The translations under genes were made by a program, and so were the position numbers. From assembly GCA_016185255.1 (NCBI GenBank), contig JACPNY010000025.1, positions 1 to 52,396 of the forward strand: a DNA stretch of 52,396 nt, in the 5' to 3' direction. The notes beneath the pieces are model-generated. The model was not told where the DNA came from. It saw only the letters and a list, made by a program, of their open reading frames with translations, and made no database searches. Of the stretch, positions 25,974 through 36,259 are shown one piece after another (position 1 is the stretch's first letter; each line of letters starts with the position of its first letter). The DNA comes from Pseudomonadota bacterium (lineage in GTDB: Bacteria; Pseudomonadota; Alphaproteobacteria; UBA9655).

Positions 25974-27488
25974 ATGTTTTCACGTCTTAATACGGTCGCC
26001 TTTCAGGGGGTGGACGTCATTACCATCGATGTGCAAGCACAGATTTCATCAGGCATGAATCGGTTTACAATCGTGGGACTCCCGGATAAGGCGGTGGCGG
26101 AGTCACGGGAGCGGGTGTACGCTGCCTTTCATGCCATGGGGCTCTCGCTTCCCTTTCAAAAAATTACCATAAACCTTGCACCTGCAGATGTGCAAAAAGA
26201 AGGAAGTCACTATGACCTTCCCATAGCTCTTGGTCTTTTGGCTGCCATGCGTTTGATTCCTTCTGATAGCCTTACGGACTATATTGCCCTTGGAGAGCTT
26301 TCTTTAGATAGCCGATTGGCCGCTGTTTCTGGTGTGTTGCCAGCAGCCATTCATGCAGCCTCTCTTGACAAGGGAATCATTTGTCCAAAAATGTGTGGAG
26401 GAGAGGCGGCGTGGGCGGGAGATATCCCTATTTTAGCCGCAGAAAGCCTTCTCTCCCTGGTTAATCATTTTAAGGGCACACAGGTTTTGTCTCCTCCTCA
26501 GCCTCTGATAGAAGAGGAAAATAGTCAAAAAATTCTTGATTTGCGGGATGTTAAAGGACAAGAGACCGCAAAACGAGCCCTTGAAGTCGCCGCCGCTGGA
26601 GGTCATAATTTGTTGATGCTGGGTCCTCCAGGAGCCGGAAAATCCATGCTTGCCTCTCGTCTTCCTGGCATTCTTCCTCCCTTAACACCTGCAGAAGCCT
26701 TAGAAGTTACAATGATTCATAGTTTGGCAGGAAAATTGAACGAGGGTAAACTTATTCGTACCCGCCCCTTTCGAGATCCCCATCATTCAGCCTCTATGCC
26801 GGCTCTTGTGGGGGGTGGACTCAGAGCTCAGCCGGGAGAGGTCTCAATTGCCCATCATGGGGTTTTGTTTTTAGACGAGCTCCCTGAATTTGCGCGTGGC
26901 ACCCTTGAAGCCCTTCGCCAACCTCTTGAGTCAGGAAAAGCCGTTGTGTCTCGGGCGAATGCCCATGCCACATATCCCTCTCGATTTCAGCTTATAGCCG
27001 CTATGAATCCCTGTCGCTGTGGGTACTTGTCGGATGTGAGCAGGTCCTGTTCGCGTGCGCCTAAATGTGCTCAAGATTATCAATCAAAAATTTCAGGCCC
27101 CCTTTTCGATCGTATTGATTTGCATGTGGAGGTCGAAGAAGTGTCAGCAGAAGACTTGTCTCTCCCCTCAACGGGTGAGAAATCCCTTCTTGTAGCTGAG
27201 AGGGTTAAACGCGCACGCGATATTCAAGAAAAAAGATACCAAACTCTAGGGGAATCCATTCGATTAAACGCTCATGCAGATGGGGAACTTTTAGATCACG
27301 TAGCAGCTCTTGATGAAGCTGGGCAGGCTCTTTTAAAAAAAGCGGCAACATCTTTCAAGCTTTCCGCTCGTGGATATAGGCGAGTTTTGCGCGTTGCCCG
27401 CACCTTAGCGGACATGGGGGGGGTTGAGGCTGTTTTGAGTGAGCATATTGCAGAAGCCTTAAGTTACAGGCGGCTGCATTTTGGGTAA
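25974..27488 (+). CDS. YifB/ComM-family Mg-chelatase-like AAA+ ATPase
   Basis: Lon-like N-terminal domain, Walker A GPPGAGKS, VLFLDELPEF, C-terminal helical domain. Confidence 0.9.
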   Translation: MFSRLNTVAFQGVDVITIDVQAQISSGMNRFTIVGLPDKAVAESRERVYAAFHAMGLSLPFQKITINLAPADVQKEGSHYDLPIALGLLAAMRLIPSDSLTDYIALGELSLDSRLAAVSGVLPAAIHAASLDKGIICPKMCGGEAAWAGDIPILAAESLLSLVNHFKGTQVLSPPQPLIEEENSQKILDLRDVKGQETAKRALEVAAAGGHNLLMLGPPGAGKSMLASRLPGILPPLTPAEALEVTMIHSLAGKLNEGKLIRTRPFRDPHHSASMPALVGGGLRAQPGEVSIAHHGVLFLDELPEFARGTLEALRQPLESGKAVVSRANAHATYPSRFQLIAAMNPCRCGYLSDVSRSCSRAPKCAQDYQSKISGPLFDRIDLHVEVEEVSAEDLSLPSTGEKSLLVAERVKRARDIQEKRYQTLGESIRLNAHADGELLDHVAALDEAGQALLKKAATSFKLSARGYRRVLRVARTLADMGGVEAVLSEHIAEALSYRRLHFG

Positions 27489-27644
27489 GACCTTGAAATG
27501 GCCAATCGGAAAATTTGACTTTTTTATTAAAATGATTAATATAAAAAAATATAGAATAGAAATTTTCTATCTGAGAGTTTTCTATGAAATCAAGCGTAGA
27601 CATGCTTTAAGAAATTCTCTATAAACTCTGCAAGATTAGGAGAT

Positions 27645-27869
27645 ATGACCATGAAAAAAGAGATTCATCCAGAATACCATGAAATCAATGTGTTGATGAC
27701 GGATGGTACTGAATTTAAAACCCGTTCTTCCTGGGGCAATCCTGGGGATACACTCCGTTTGGATATTGATCCTAAGTCACATCCTGCATGGACAGGTGTT
27801 CACCGCCTTCTCGATACAGCAGGTCAGCTTGCAAAATTTGAGGGTCGTTTTAAAGGCTTAAAGCTTTAA
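27645..27869 (+). CDS. rpmE: 50S ribosomal protein L31
   Basis: [14 protein letters not shown]. The start may be the ATG at 27651. Confidence 0.9.
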   Translation: MTMKKEIHPEYHEINVLMTDGTEFKTRSSWGNPGDTLRLDIDPKSHPAWTGVHRLLDTAGQLAKFEGRFKGLKL

Positions 27870-29671
27870 ATCGTATCTGTCTCTTCGATCGTGTCGGGGA
27901 GGAACCCATCCACTTGAGCTTTCCAAAGAGACTGGTAAATTCCTTTCTTTGCAAGAAGGGCTTTATGACTACCATCTTCCACAATTTTTCCCTGCTCAAA
28001 GACCAAAATACGATCCATGGTCAAAAGAGTTGAAAGCCTGTGAGCGATAACAATCGTTGTTTTGCCCGTCATAAGGTTTGTAAAGCTTTCCTGAATCTGA
28101 GATTCTGTAAAGGAATCAAGCGCACTTGTTGCTTCATCTAGAATGAGAATAGGTGCATTCTTTAAGATAGCACGCGCAATAGCAATGCGTTGCCGTTGCC
28201 CCCCAGAAATTTTGATACCCCTTTCTCCCGCAAGCGTATTATAGCCCTGAGGAAGAGACATAATAAAGTCATGAGCATGGGCGCGTTGCGCGGCCTCTAT
28301 AACCATCGCATCAGAAGCTTCCATGTTTCCATAGCGAATATTTTCCATCAACGTGCGATGGAATAAGTTTGGATCTTGGGGGATAAGGCTAATAGCCCTG
28401 CGGAGGCTATCTTGGGTAACGTCTGCAATATTTTGCCCATCAATCAAAATCTCTCCTGATTGGATGTCAAAAAGACGCAAGATAAGGTTAACAAAAGAGG
28501 TCTTGCCACTTCCCGAATATCCCACAAGCCCAACCTTTTGCCCCGGTTGAATAAGGACCGATTTATTACTAAAAAGAGGGGTTGTCCCTTTATATTGAAA
28601 GTGCACTTTTTGAAACTGAATTTTTCCCGTCGGTACCTTTAATTTTTTCGCATTGGGGGCATCAGTTAAGGCAATAGGATCTTGAAGTAAGGTAAGAGCT
28701 TGCTGGCAAATTCCTATTTCTTTAAAGAAGTTAGGAAGCTCAATGCTTGCCCACCACAAGGTCATGATAATGTTCCAGGTGGTGTTAAAGATTAAAACAA
28801 TGTCTCCCACAGAAATAAGGTGGTGGGTCCAGCACCAATAGGCATAGCCATTCAGAGCAAGGCCTGGCCCTAAGAAGGTAATAGCTCCTAAGAAGAGGCG
28901 TATTTTCTCAATATAGATGAGCTGCTTCTGATTTTTCTGCTGCTCTTCCTTTTGAAGGGAGCCAATGTAAGCGAGCTCAGACCGTTTGTTGGCAAAAATC
29001 TTAACTGCAAGATAATTTGTAAGGCTATCCACTATGCGTCCATTGAGCTGACTTCGCGCTTCAGAATGAACATGAGCGTAATAAGAACAGCGGGGAGCAT
29101 AAGCGATAGAAATGGCAAGATGAATTAAAGCCCAGCCCATAAGGAGAGATGCAAAGAAAGGGCTCAACTGATAAAAAGTGATTGAGGCAATCACCACACT
29201 TATAAAAGCTGGAAAAAAGAGAGTGATGATCAGGTGGAGCATATGACTGACATTATCCACCATATCAGAAATCTTTGTCGCAATATTTCCTGCAAAATGG
29301 GCTGAAAAATAGCCATGAGATTGATTATGCATGTGAGAAAATATATAAACGCGAATTTGCTTCTCAAGCTTTGGCAAAGCAAAAGCCATTAAATATCCGG
29401 CGATCCTAAAGGAGATTTCAATGCCAATCCATAAGGCAACGGCTGCAAATATAGGGCTTTTTAAGGTGTTCCAAGCGTGACTCCTATCTCCCACAATTGT
29501 AGAAAAACCATCGATAATCTTTCCAAAAATAAGAGGAAAGATGGTTTGGTCGAGGGACCAGGCAAGCCATAGAACTTGGATTAGTGTAAGCAGGAGCCAC
29601 TGTTTTTTCAGAAAAAACAAAATAAACCCAAAAAGAGTTTTGGAGGGGGCTATGTCTGATGTAGGGCGCAT
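27866..29671 (-). CDS. ABC exporter, fused permease/ATPase (MsbA-like)
   Basis: Six-TM N-terminal half, Walker [10 protein letters not shown], signature [14 protein letters not shown], Walker [10 protein letters not shown]. Confidence 0.88.
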   Translation of the reverse strand: MRPTSDIAPSKTLFGFILFFLKKQWLLLTLIQVLWLAWSLDQTIFPLIFGKIIDGFSTIVGDRSHAWNTLKSPIFAAVALWIGIEISFRIAGYLMAFALPKLEKQIRVYIFSHMHNQSHGYFSAHFAGNIATKISDMVDNVSHMLHLIITLFFPAFISVVIASITFYQLSPFFASLLMGWALIHLAISIAYAPRCSYYAHVHSEARSQLNGRIVDSLTNYLAVKIFANKRSELAYIGSLQKEEQQKNQKQLIYIEKIRLFLGAITFLGPGLALNGYAYWCWTHHLISVGDIVLIFNTTWNIIMTLWWASIELPNFFKEIGICQQALTLLQDPIALTDAPNAKKLKVPTGKIQFQKVHFQYKGTTPLFSNKSVLIQPGQKVGLVGYSGSGKTSFVNLILRLFDIQSGEILIDGQNIADVTQDSLRRAISLIPQDPNLFHRTLMENIRYGNMEASDAMVIEAAQRAHAHDFIMSLPQGYNTLAGERGIKISGGQRQRIAIARAILKNAPILILDEATSALDSFTESQIQESFTNLMTGKTTIVIAHRLSTLLTMDRILVFEQGKIVEDGSHKALLAKKGIYQSLWKAQVDGFLPDTIEETDTI

Positions 29672-29867
29672 GGTTTCCTGCCAACAATAATCAGGTGAAT
29701 CTCCCTATGACATTCTTAAAGCTAGACATATTTATATTTACGCAAGCTTAGACCTAACAAAGGGGAGGTGAGAAGTTTCTATTTATTAGCTTTATTTATA
29801 GCTGATTTTTCTTTTTTTGACAAGGAAGGGAAACAACATCAAGGTAAACGCATCTAAATCGTAAGAA

Positions 29868-30008
29868 ACCCCTCACCCGCCCCTTCGGGGCGACCTCTCC
29901 CACAAGGGGAGAGGTAACTCTGTATCAATAACACTGTTCTTTTCTAGGGTAGTAATGAATACCTCTCCCCTTGTGGGAGAGGTCGCCCCGAAGGGGCGGG
30001 TGAGGGGT
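29868..30008. repeat. Perfect 49-nt inverted repeat (arms 29868-29916 and 29960-30008) with nested hairpins
   Basis: The arms are exact reverse complements. Each arm also contains two self-complementary segments (GCCCCTTCGGGGC; CCTCTCCCACAAGGGGAGAGG). Confidence 0.95.
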
Positions 30009-30334
30009 ATAATATACTGTTTAAAAAGAAAAATTTAAACTTTTGCAAAACAGAAAGCAAACTCTTCCGGTTCGCTTCATTTCCTTTGTTTTCCTCAACT
30101 TTAGATGCGTTTTCTGTGTCAAACATCCATTTACGATGGGTATATTATTGTTCTTTGTTCGCCCCTTCTCAGGCCTCGTTCTCTTGATATCCTTTGCATT
30201 ATTGTTTTCTATAAAAGTAAGAATTTCGTTGCCGTAACCCCTATTTTCTCGCCTGGGAAAAAGAAGCTGTTTTCAGAAAATTATAATGGTATAAGAGGCG
30301 CATCCTTTTTAACTTTGAGAAAGATATATAAGTC

Positions 30335-32329
30335 ATGACAAATCCTCTCCCCCACGTGGTTTCAGACCCTCACCCCCACATGATGGCCAATGCCATTCGT
30401 GTTCTTGCAATGGATGCAGTAGAGCGTGCTCAGTCTGGTCATCCGGGGATGCCCATGGGAATGGCCGATGTGGCAACGGTTTTATTTTCAAAGTTCTTGA
30501 AATTTGATGCGAAAGCCCCTCAGTGGCCCGATCGTGATCGCTTTGTTCTGTCTGCAGGCCATGGGTCCATGCTTCTTTATGCTCTTTTATATTTAACAGG
30601 CTATGAAGACATGACTATTGAGGAGCTGAAAAATTTTCGCCAGTGGGGAAGCCGTACTGCGGGCCATCCTGAATATGGAGATGCGCCTGGGATTGAAACG
30701 ACGACAGGTCCCTTAGGACAAGGTCTTGGCAATGCGGTAGGGATGGCATTGGCTGAAAAAATGATGAAGGCCCAATTTGGGGAAGACATGGTTAATCATA
30801 AAACCTATGCCATTGTGGGGGATGGGTGCTTGATGGAAGGTATTTCCCATGAAGTGATTTCCCTTGCCGGACATTTGTGTCTTGATAACCTTATCGTGCT
30901 GTTTGATGACAATCATATTTCCATTGATGGGTCCACAGATTTGGCAGTTTCCGATGATCAGCTGGCTCGGTTTAAAGCCTCCCATTGGGAGGTCATGACC
31001 ATTGATGGCCATAATTTTACAGAGATTGAATCCGCCCTGAAAAAAGCTCAAACCGCGACAAAGCCTGTGTTAATTGCCTGTAAAACGCAGATTGCAAAGG
31101 GCGCTCCTCACAAAGAAGGAACGTCCGCTGCCCATGGCGCTCCCCTGGGGGCAGAGGAAATTCAAGCTACGCGCGATAATCTTCAGTGGCCCTATGCCCC
31201 TTTTATAATTCCTGAGGATATTTTAGAGGCTTGGCGGGATGTGGGAGACCAGGGCTCTCAGGTTCGGAAAGACTGGGAGAGTCGTTTTTCTAAATTCTCC
31301 CAAAGGGCTGAATTTGAGCGACGGCTTCAAGGGTGTTTGCCTGAAAATTGGGAAGCCTCTGTTCAATCTCTCCTTAAAAAGTTTGTAGCAGAAAAAACAA
31401 GTGTGGCGAGCCGGCAATCCTCTCAAATGGTATTGGATGTGCTTTCTCCTGTTCTCCCTGAACTTGTGGGTGGGTCGGCCGATCTTACGGGTTCTAATAA
31501 CACGAAAGCAAAAAATATGGGTGTTATACGTCCTGGCGATTACAAGGGAAGCTATATCCATTATGGCGTGCGGGAACATGGGATGGCATCCGTCATGAAT
31601 GGAATAGCTCTTCATGGAGGATTCATCCCCTATGGGGGAACGTTTTTAATTTTTACGGATTATTGCCGCCCTGCGATTCGTCTTTCAGCCTTGATGGGGA
31701 TTCGGGTGATTTATGTAATGACCCATGATTCCATTGGCCTTGGGGAAGATGGTCCCACCCATCAACCGATTGAACACTTAGCGTCTTTGAGGGCTATCCC
31801 GAATCTCCTCGTTTTTCGTCCTGCCGATGAGGTTGAAGTAGCCGAGTGCTGGATGCTGGCTGTTTCTTCCCAGAAGTCTCCCTCGGTCTTAGCCCTGACG
31901 CGTCAAAAGCTTGCCCATTTGCGGGATGATATTTCTCAAAATTTTTCTGCCTTTGGAGCCTATGTTCTGAAAGAAGCAAAGGGCGTGCGTAAGGTGACCT
32001 TGCTTGCAACTGGGTCAGAAGTTGAAATTGCCCTCAAAGCCCAAGGGATTTTAGAAGAAAAAGGAATAGGAACCGCTGTTGTGTCCATGCCCTGTTGGGA
32101 GCTTTTTGACAAACAAAACAAGACGTATCAAGAGGCTGTTTTAGGAAAAGATACTCTTCGCGTGGCTATTGAAGCCGCTTCTCCTTTTGGATGGGAGAAA
32201 TATGTGGGGGACAAGGGTGTGATTATTGGAATGCGGCGGTTTGGAGCCTCTGCGCCTTACGAGACTCTTTATCGCGAATTTGGCTTTACGCCTGAAAATA
32301 TTGTAGCTGTTGTGGAGAAGAGCTGTTAA
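30335..32329 (+). CDS. tkt: Transketolase
   Basis: SGHPGMPMGMADVA, GDGCLMEGISHE and THDSIGLGEDGPTHQP motifs. Confidence 0.95.
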   Translation: MTNPLPHVVSDPHPHMMANAIRVLAMDAVERAQSGHPGMPMGMADVATVLFSKFLKFDAKAPQWPDRDRFVLSAGHGSMLLYALLYLTGYEDMTIEELKNFRQWGSRTAGHPEYGDAPGIETTTGPLGQGLGNAVGMALAEKMMKAQFGEDMVNHKTYAIVGDGCLMEGISHEVISLAGHLCLDNLIVLFDDNHISIDGSTDLAVSDDQLARFKASHWEVMTIDGHNFTEIESALKKAQTATKPVLIACKTQIAKGAPHKEGTSAAHGAPLGAEEIQATRDNLQWPYAPFIIPEDILEAWRDVGDQGSQVRKDWESRFSKFSQRAEFERRLQGCLPENWEASVQSLLKKFVAEKTSVASRQSSQMVLDVLSPVLPELVGGSADLTGSNNTKAKNMGVIRPGDYKGSYIHYGVREHGMASVMNGIALHGGFIPYGGTFLIFTDYCRPAIRLSALMGIRVIYVMTHDSIGLGEDGPTHQPIEHLASLRAIPNLLVFRPADEVEVAECWMLAVSSQKSPSVLALTRQKLAHLRDDISQNFSAFGAYVLKEAKGVRKVTLLATGSEVEIALKAQGILEEKGIGTAVVSMPCWELFDKQNKTYQEAVLGKDTLRVAIEAASPFGWEKYVGDKGVIIGMRRFGASAPYETLYREFGFTPENIVAVVEKSC

Positions 32330-32666
32330 GTCATTCTCTCTCTATTTATCATCGCAATTTGCTCCTTTGCCATTTCTCTTTTCTCTTTTGTCGTCCTTAC
32401 TTCTCCCTTTGTCATCCTCGCGAAAGCGGGGATCCAGAAAATGACTGAACTTCCCCCAAGTAGAGAACGACATTTTATGGGAAGCGAATGAATCATTTCC
32501 AACCTAATTGACCATATCTCCTGCTAGCATCCATTTATACGCGCGAAAAAACCACGAGGCTTGCCCCGCGGGTGTTCACTTACGATATTTGTTTCTCTTT
32601 AAAAAAATATCGCACTTTTTGTGTGTGTGAGTAGGCAAGTTCAGGAAGATGAGGGAGAAATGAATA

Positions 32667-32701
32667 AGGAGAAAGGAGAAAGGAGAAAGGAGAAAGGAGA
32701 A
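32667..32701. repeat. Heptanucleotide microsatellite (AGGAGAA)x5
   Basis: Five exact tandem units, followed by a degenerate GAAAGGAGG. Confidence 0.9.
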
Positions 32702-32761
32702 GAAAGGAGGATGAGTTAAACGCATATTCTCAAGTAGTCTCTTCTTTTCTTGTCAAAAACT

Positions 32762-32818
32762 GACGGATGTGAAGTCGTGGGTTTATGCTTCTTTCATAAA
32801 ATTTTAATACCTTTTTAG
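32762..32818 (+). repeat. 57-nt direct repeat, copy A (upstream of IS481-like fragment)
   Basis: GACGGATGTGAAGTCGTGGGTTTATGCTTCTTTCATAAAATTTTAATACCTTTTTAG. About 90% identical to 33634-33691. Confidence 0.85.
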
Positions 32819-32878
32819 GTGTTTAGTCCCATTATGTGATGGTGTATTATCTGTTAGATTACCATCTAAGGAGGAATT

Positions 32879-33217
32879 ATGGGACAAATATTACACGGGT
32901 GCGCCAAAACGACAGAGGCAGTACGTCGGGCAATCCAAAATAGTCAAGAGAGCCTAGACGTTCTTGCTAAGAAATATGCTATCAATCCAAAGACCGTAGC
33001 CAAATGGAGAAAACGTGAGTTTGTCCAAGATTCTCCTATGGGCCCAAAGGAAGTGAAATCCACAGTGCTTAGCCCCTCAGAAGAGGCAATATGTATTGCT
33101 TTTCGTAAGCATACATTACTGTCATTAGATGATTGCCTCTATGCTTTGCAGTGGCCGCCCGTGACATACCCCAGCCCTCGCTGGCAGATATGGGAATGTC
33201 AACAACTGACCATTTAA
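32879..33217 (+). pseudogene. IS481-family transposase, N-terminal HTH fragment only
   Basis: MGQILHGCAKTTEAVRRAIQNSQESLDVLAKKYAINPKTVAKWRKR...LSLDDCLYALQ matches the IS481-type N-terminus. Similarity ends near 33150 and no DDE domain follows. Confidence 0.6.
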
Positions 33218-33444
33218 ATACTCTGGAGTGGTCGTTGACGTGCAGAGGCGAGCCAGACGCTGATCATGCTCAGGAGGCGTGTGACTTCGCCATACATCGG
33301 TAATGTGCGGGGACACTGTGTGATGGTCCCATTCACCCCATCTGACTCGTCAGGGTTTCGATGGGGGAATGCAAACTAGGTGGATGGATTGGCTTGCTTA
33401 AAGGCGCCCCGAACTATGGTGCTACTTCCCTCCGCCCCCAACAC

Positions 33445-33559
33445 ATCCCCGGACCTTCATCGGGGATTGTTGCAACATCTCATTGCTTCTAGAATCCCCG
33501 ATGAACCAATGCTAATGTTTTCTTGCTAAAACAAAGCATTGCTAGCTCGGGGATGACAA
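33445..33559. repeat. Partial MITE-like element (right half with GGGGATGACAA end)
   Basis: Hairpin ATCCCCG..CGGGGAT at 33445-33467. 33494-33554 is nearly identical to 3974-4034, and the terminus lies at 33549-33559. Confidence 0.75.
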
Positions 33560-33633
33560 ATATTGAGCAGTTACAACAAAAACCTCGGGCGCTGATCTAT
33601 TTTTTCTTACTTCTCAATGGCTTATGCTAAGGT

Positions 33634-33691
33634 GACGGGTAGTGAAGTTGTGGATTTATGCTTCTTTCATAAAACTTTAATACCTTTTTAG
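33634..33691 (+). repeat. Direct repeat, copy B (upstream of GC-rich ORF)
   Basis: See 32762-32818. Confidence 0.85.
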
Positions 33692-33780
33692 TATACTCAT
33701 AGAGAATCTCAAGAGAATAACTGTTACCCAAATTTCTCTGTGTTTTATGGGCGTAGCAACTAAAGAAAAGGAAAATCATC

Positions 33781-34320
33781 ATGCACAATAAATTTCTCCG
33801 GACATCGGTGATCGCGTTGAATTTAGGCGTCGCGATAATTGCAGGCGACACAACTTGGTCAGGGAAGGTTTCCGCGGCAACGCTGGATGCGAGTGATGGA
33901 ACTCTCGCACTGTTCCATGTGAAGGATGCGCCCTTCGGTGGGTACGTGAAGTTGGGAGTGAGTCTGCGGCCGAGTGGGGCAGGCCGGTCTTATCCGTATG
34001 GGCTTGAAGTGGCTGGGAGCACGCTCATGGGTTCACAGCAGGTGGCGTTCGCGAGCTGGACTTTGGAGCACGGGGGGGTCTCCTGGAGAGACTTCGTGGC
34101 TGCGGATGGGGAGGTTACAATGAAAATTCAGTGGCCTGGTCAGGGGCCTTACCCTTTTGAGAACATCTGGTGGGTCGCCGCAAAGGACATACCCGCTCCA
34201 GACGACAAGGGAATGGAAACGCTGGCCTACCTGAATACTTTAAAATACTCACTGGCTTGCACCGACACGCACCCAGACACTGCTGAACCGTCTTGTGACC
34301 TTACGGTAACCAGAGAGTGA
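33781..34320 (+). CDS. Hypothetical secreted protein, compositionally foreign (GC-rich)
   Basis: Signal peptide MHNKFLRTSVIALNLGVAIIAG. GC is visibly well above the window background. No recognisable domain. Confidence 0.6.
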   Translation: MHNKFLRTSVIALNLGVAIIAGDTTWSGKVSAATLDASDGTLALFHVKDAPFGGYVKLGVSLRPSGAGRSYPYGLEVAGSTLMGSQQVAFASWTLEHGGVSWRDFVAADGEVTMKIQWPGQGPYPFENIWWVAAKDIPAPDDKGMETLAYLNTLKYSLACTDTHPDTAEPSCDLTVTRE

Positions 34321-34824
34321 TAAAGTCAGGGGTGGTGCATAAAAGTAGGCGCCTCCACTTCCACCGCCACTCACGTGTTAGAACGCAGTTTGATAGCGGG
34401 CCAGAAAAGAAAGCAGGCTGGCGGGACTAGCTCAATCCAACGCACACACTTCCCCACTCTAGACACAAAAGGGGCTGGAACGCGTTGTAACTTAAAGCAC
34501 TCAGTGCTGCTGCTTACCGGAACCGATGGTGGCTTGGAACATATTACTACGCATGCCTGAGAATATTGCCTATTACATCACGAATATAGTGTCGGGTTCA
34601 AAAGTAGATCAGGTCGATATCATGGATAACTTTTATGCCGCTTCCTCAAATTGGCAAAATATCAAATGATACTGCCGCAGGGGATGACAACTGAGTGAGA
34701 TCTGCGTATGATGCTTATCATGAGCAGAATGCATTCTTTGGCATTCTGAACAAGAACTCATTGTATATAAGGTTAACGTCTTCAATGACCAACACGTACC
34801 CAAGTAAATAAAAAGGAACCTCCC

Positions 34825-35829
34825 ATGACACTTAAAGTAGCTATCAATGGATTTGGTCGTATTGGCCGGCTCGTTTTACGGGCGATTCTTGAAAATCGCC
34901 GCTCTGATATTGAGGTTGTGGCCCTGAATGACTTGGGCTCTATCGAAGATAATGCGCACCTCTTTAAGTATGATTCGGTTCATGGGGCTTTCCCGGGCAC
35001 GGTGGAGGTATTAAGCGATGGGCTCAAAATCAATGGGCATTTCATAAAGGTTTTAGCCAACCCCGATCCCGCAACCCTTCCCTGGAAAGAGCTTGGCATT
35101 GATGTGGCTATGGAATGTTCGGGTCATTTTACAAAGCGTGAGGAAGCTGCAAAACATCTCGTGGCAGGGGCCAAGAAAGTCCTTATTTCTGCCCCCGCTG
35201 AAGGGGCTGATCTGACGGTTGTGTATGGGGTGAATCATAAAGAATTAAAAGCAGACCATACAATTGTCTCTAATGCTTCCTGTACGACAAACTGCTTGGC
35301 GCCCGTGGCCTTTGTGCTGAATAAGACCATCGGGATTGCTCACGGGTTCATGACAACCATCCATTCTTATACGGGAGACCAGCGCCTTGTAGATACGCTC
35401 CATAAGGATTTGAGGCGGGCGCGGGCAGCGGCCCTTTCTCTTATTCCAGCGTCTACTGGAGCCGCAAAGGCAGTGGGTCTTGTGTTGCCTGAATTGAAGG
35501 GAAAGCTTGATGGAACAGCCGTTCGCGTGCCGACCCCCAATGTATCTCTCGTGGATTTTAAATTTGTTGCAAAACGCCCTACCTCAAAAGCGGAGATTAA
35601 TGAGCTCATGGCTAAGGCGTCAGAAAATGAGTTAAGAGGGATTTTGACCATTAATAATGAGCCCCTTGTGAGTTGTGATTTTAACCACAATTCCGCTAGT
35701 TCTATCTTTGATTTGACAGAAACTCATGTGGTGGATGGGGTCTTTTGCCGAATCTTGGCTTGGTATGATAATGAATGGGGCTTTTCTAACCGTATGGCCG
35801 ACACAGCCCTTGTTATGGGGAAGCTTTAA
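34825..35829 (+). CDS. gap: Glyceraldehyde-3-phosphate dehydrogenase
   Basis: INGFGRIGR and the [12 protein letters not shown] active site. Confidence 0.95.
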   Translation: MTLKVAINGFGRIGRLVLRAILENRRSDIEVVALNDLGSIEDNAHLFKYDSVHGAFPGTVEVLSDGLKINGHFIKVLANPDPATLPWKELGIDVAMECSGHFTKREEAAKHLVAGAKKVLISAPAEGADLTVVYGVNHKELKADHTIVSNASCTTNCLAPVAFVLNKTIGIAHGFMTTIHSYTGDQRLVDTLHKDLRRARAAALSLIPASTGAAKAVGLVLPELKGKLDGTAVRVPTPNVSLVDFKFVAKRPTSKAEINELMAKASENELRGILTINNEPLVSCDFNHNSASSIFDLTETHVVDGVFCRILAWYDNEWGFSNRMADTALVMGKL

Positions 35830-35849
35830 GACTTTCGTTAAAGTTTTTT

Positions 35850-35876
35850 TACCCATCCAATCATTGTGGATGGGTA
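35850..35876. terminator. Bidirectional intrinsic terminator hairpin after gap
   Basis: 10-bp perfect stem TACCCATCCA / TGGATGGGTA with a 7-nt loop, flanked by a T-run upstream and an A-run downstream. Confidence 0.7.
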
Positions 35877-35895
35877 AAAGGGTGTTGTTCTCCTT

Positions 35896-36162
35896 TTATT
35901 GGAGAACCCAAGGTGTCGTTCCGTTAATCTTATATTTACCTGGGTTTGTTGCAGCTTTTCTTAGCCATTTTTGATATAGTGCTGAAGTTGTTTTCACGGG
36001 TGCTTGGGGAACCCATCTGGGGGCAGATGTAGGTGTTCGCTGAGAAGAGAAAGTGGTTTCTTCTTCAGTTACTTCGTTTGCGTGCATAGCATAAGAAGAC
36101 TGCGCATTAACCAAAATAAAAGCTGAAAGCATTAGTGTAAATACGTTTTTTGTCATCATCAT
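35896..36162 (-). CDS. Small secreted hypothetical protein
   Basis: Signal peptide MMMTKNVFTLMLSAFILVNAQSSYA. Confidence 0.5.
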   Translation of the reverse strand: MMMTKNVFTLMLSAFILVNAQSSYAMHANEVTEEETTFSSQRTPTSAPRWVPQAPVKTTSALYQKWLRKAATNPGKYKINGTTPWVLQ

Positions 36163-36259
36163 TTCCTTACCATAGTGTTAACATCGTTGATTTGTGTAAT
36201 AGACAAAAAACAAGATGTCAAAATATTTTATTTTAATAAAATTTTAATAAATTTTATTA

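Noticed and set aside
29944-30126. 60-aa ORF (…YPSPAPSGRPLPQGERYSLLP)
   Set aside because: It is a translation artefact of the right arm of the 49-nt inverted repeat.
33305-33480. GTGCG at 33305-33309 followed by GC-rich structured-looking sequence as a possible group II intron 5' end
   Set aside because: I found no recognisable domain V/VI motifs, no reverse-transcriptase ORF, and only a 5-nt match. This is insufficient evidence, so the region stays unassigned GC-rich DNA.
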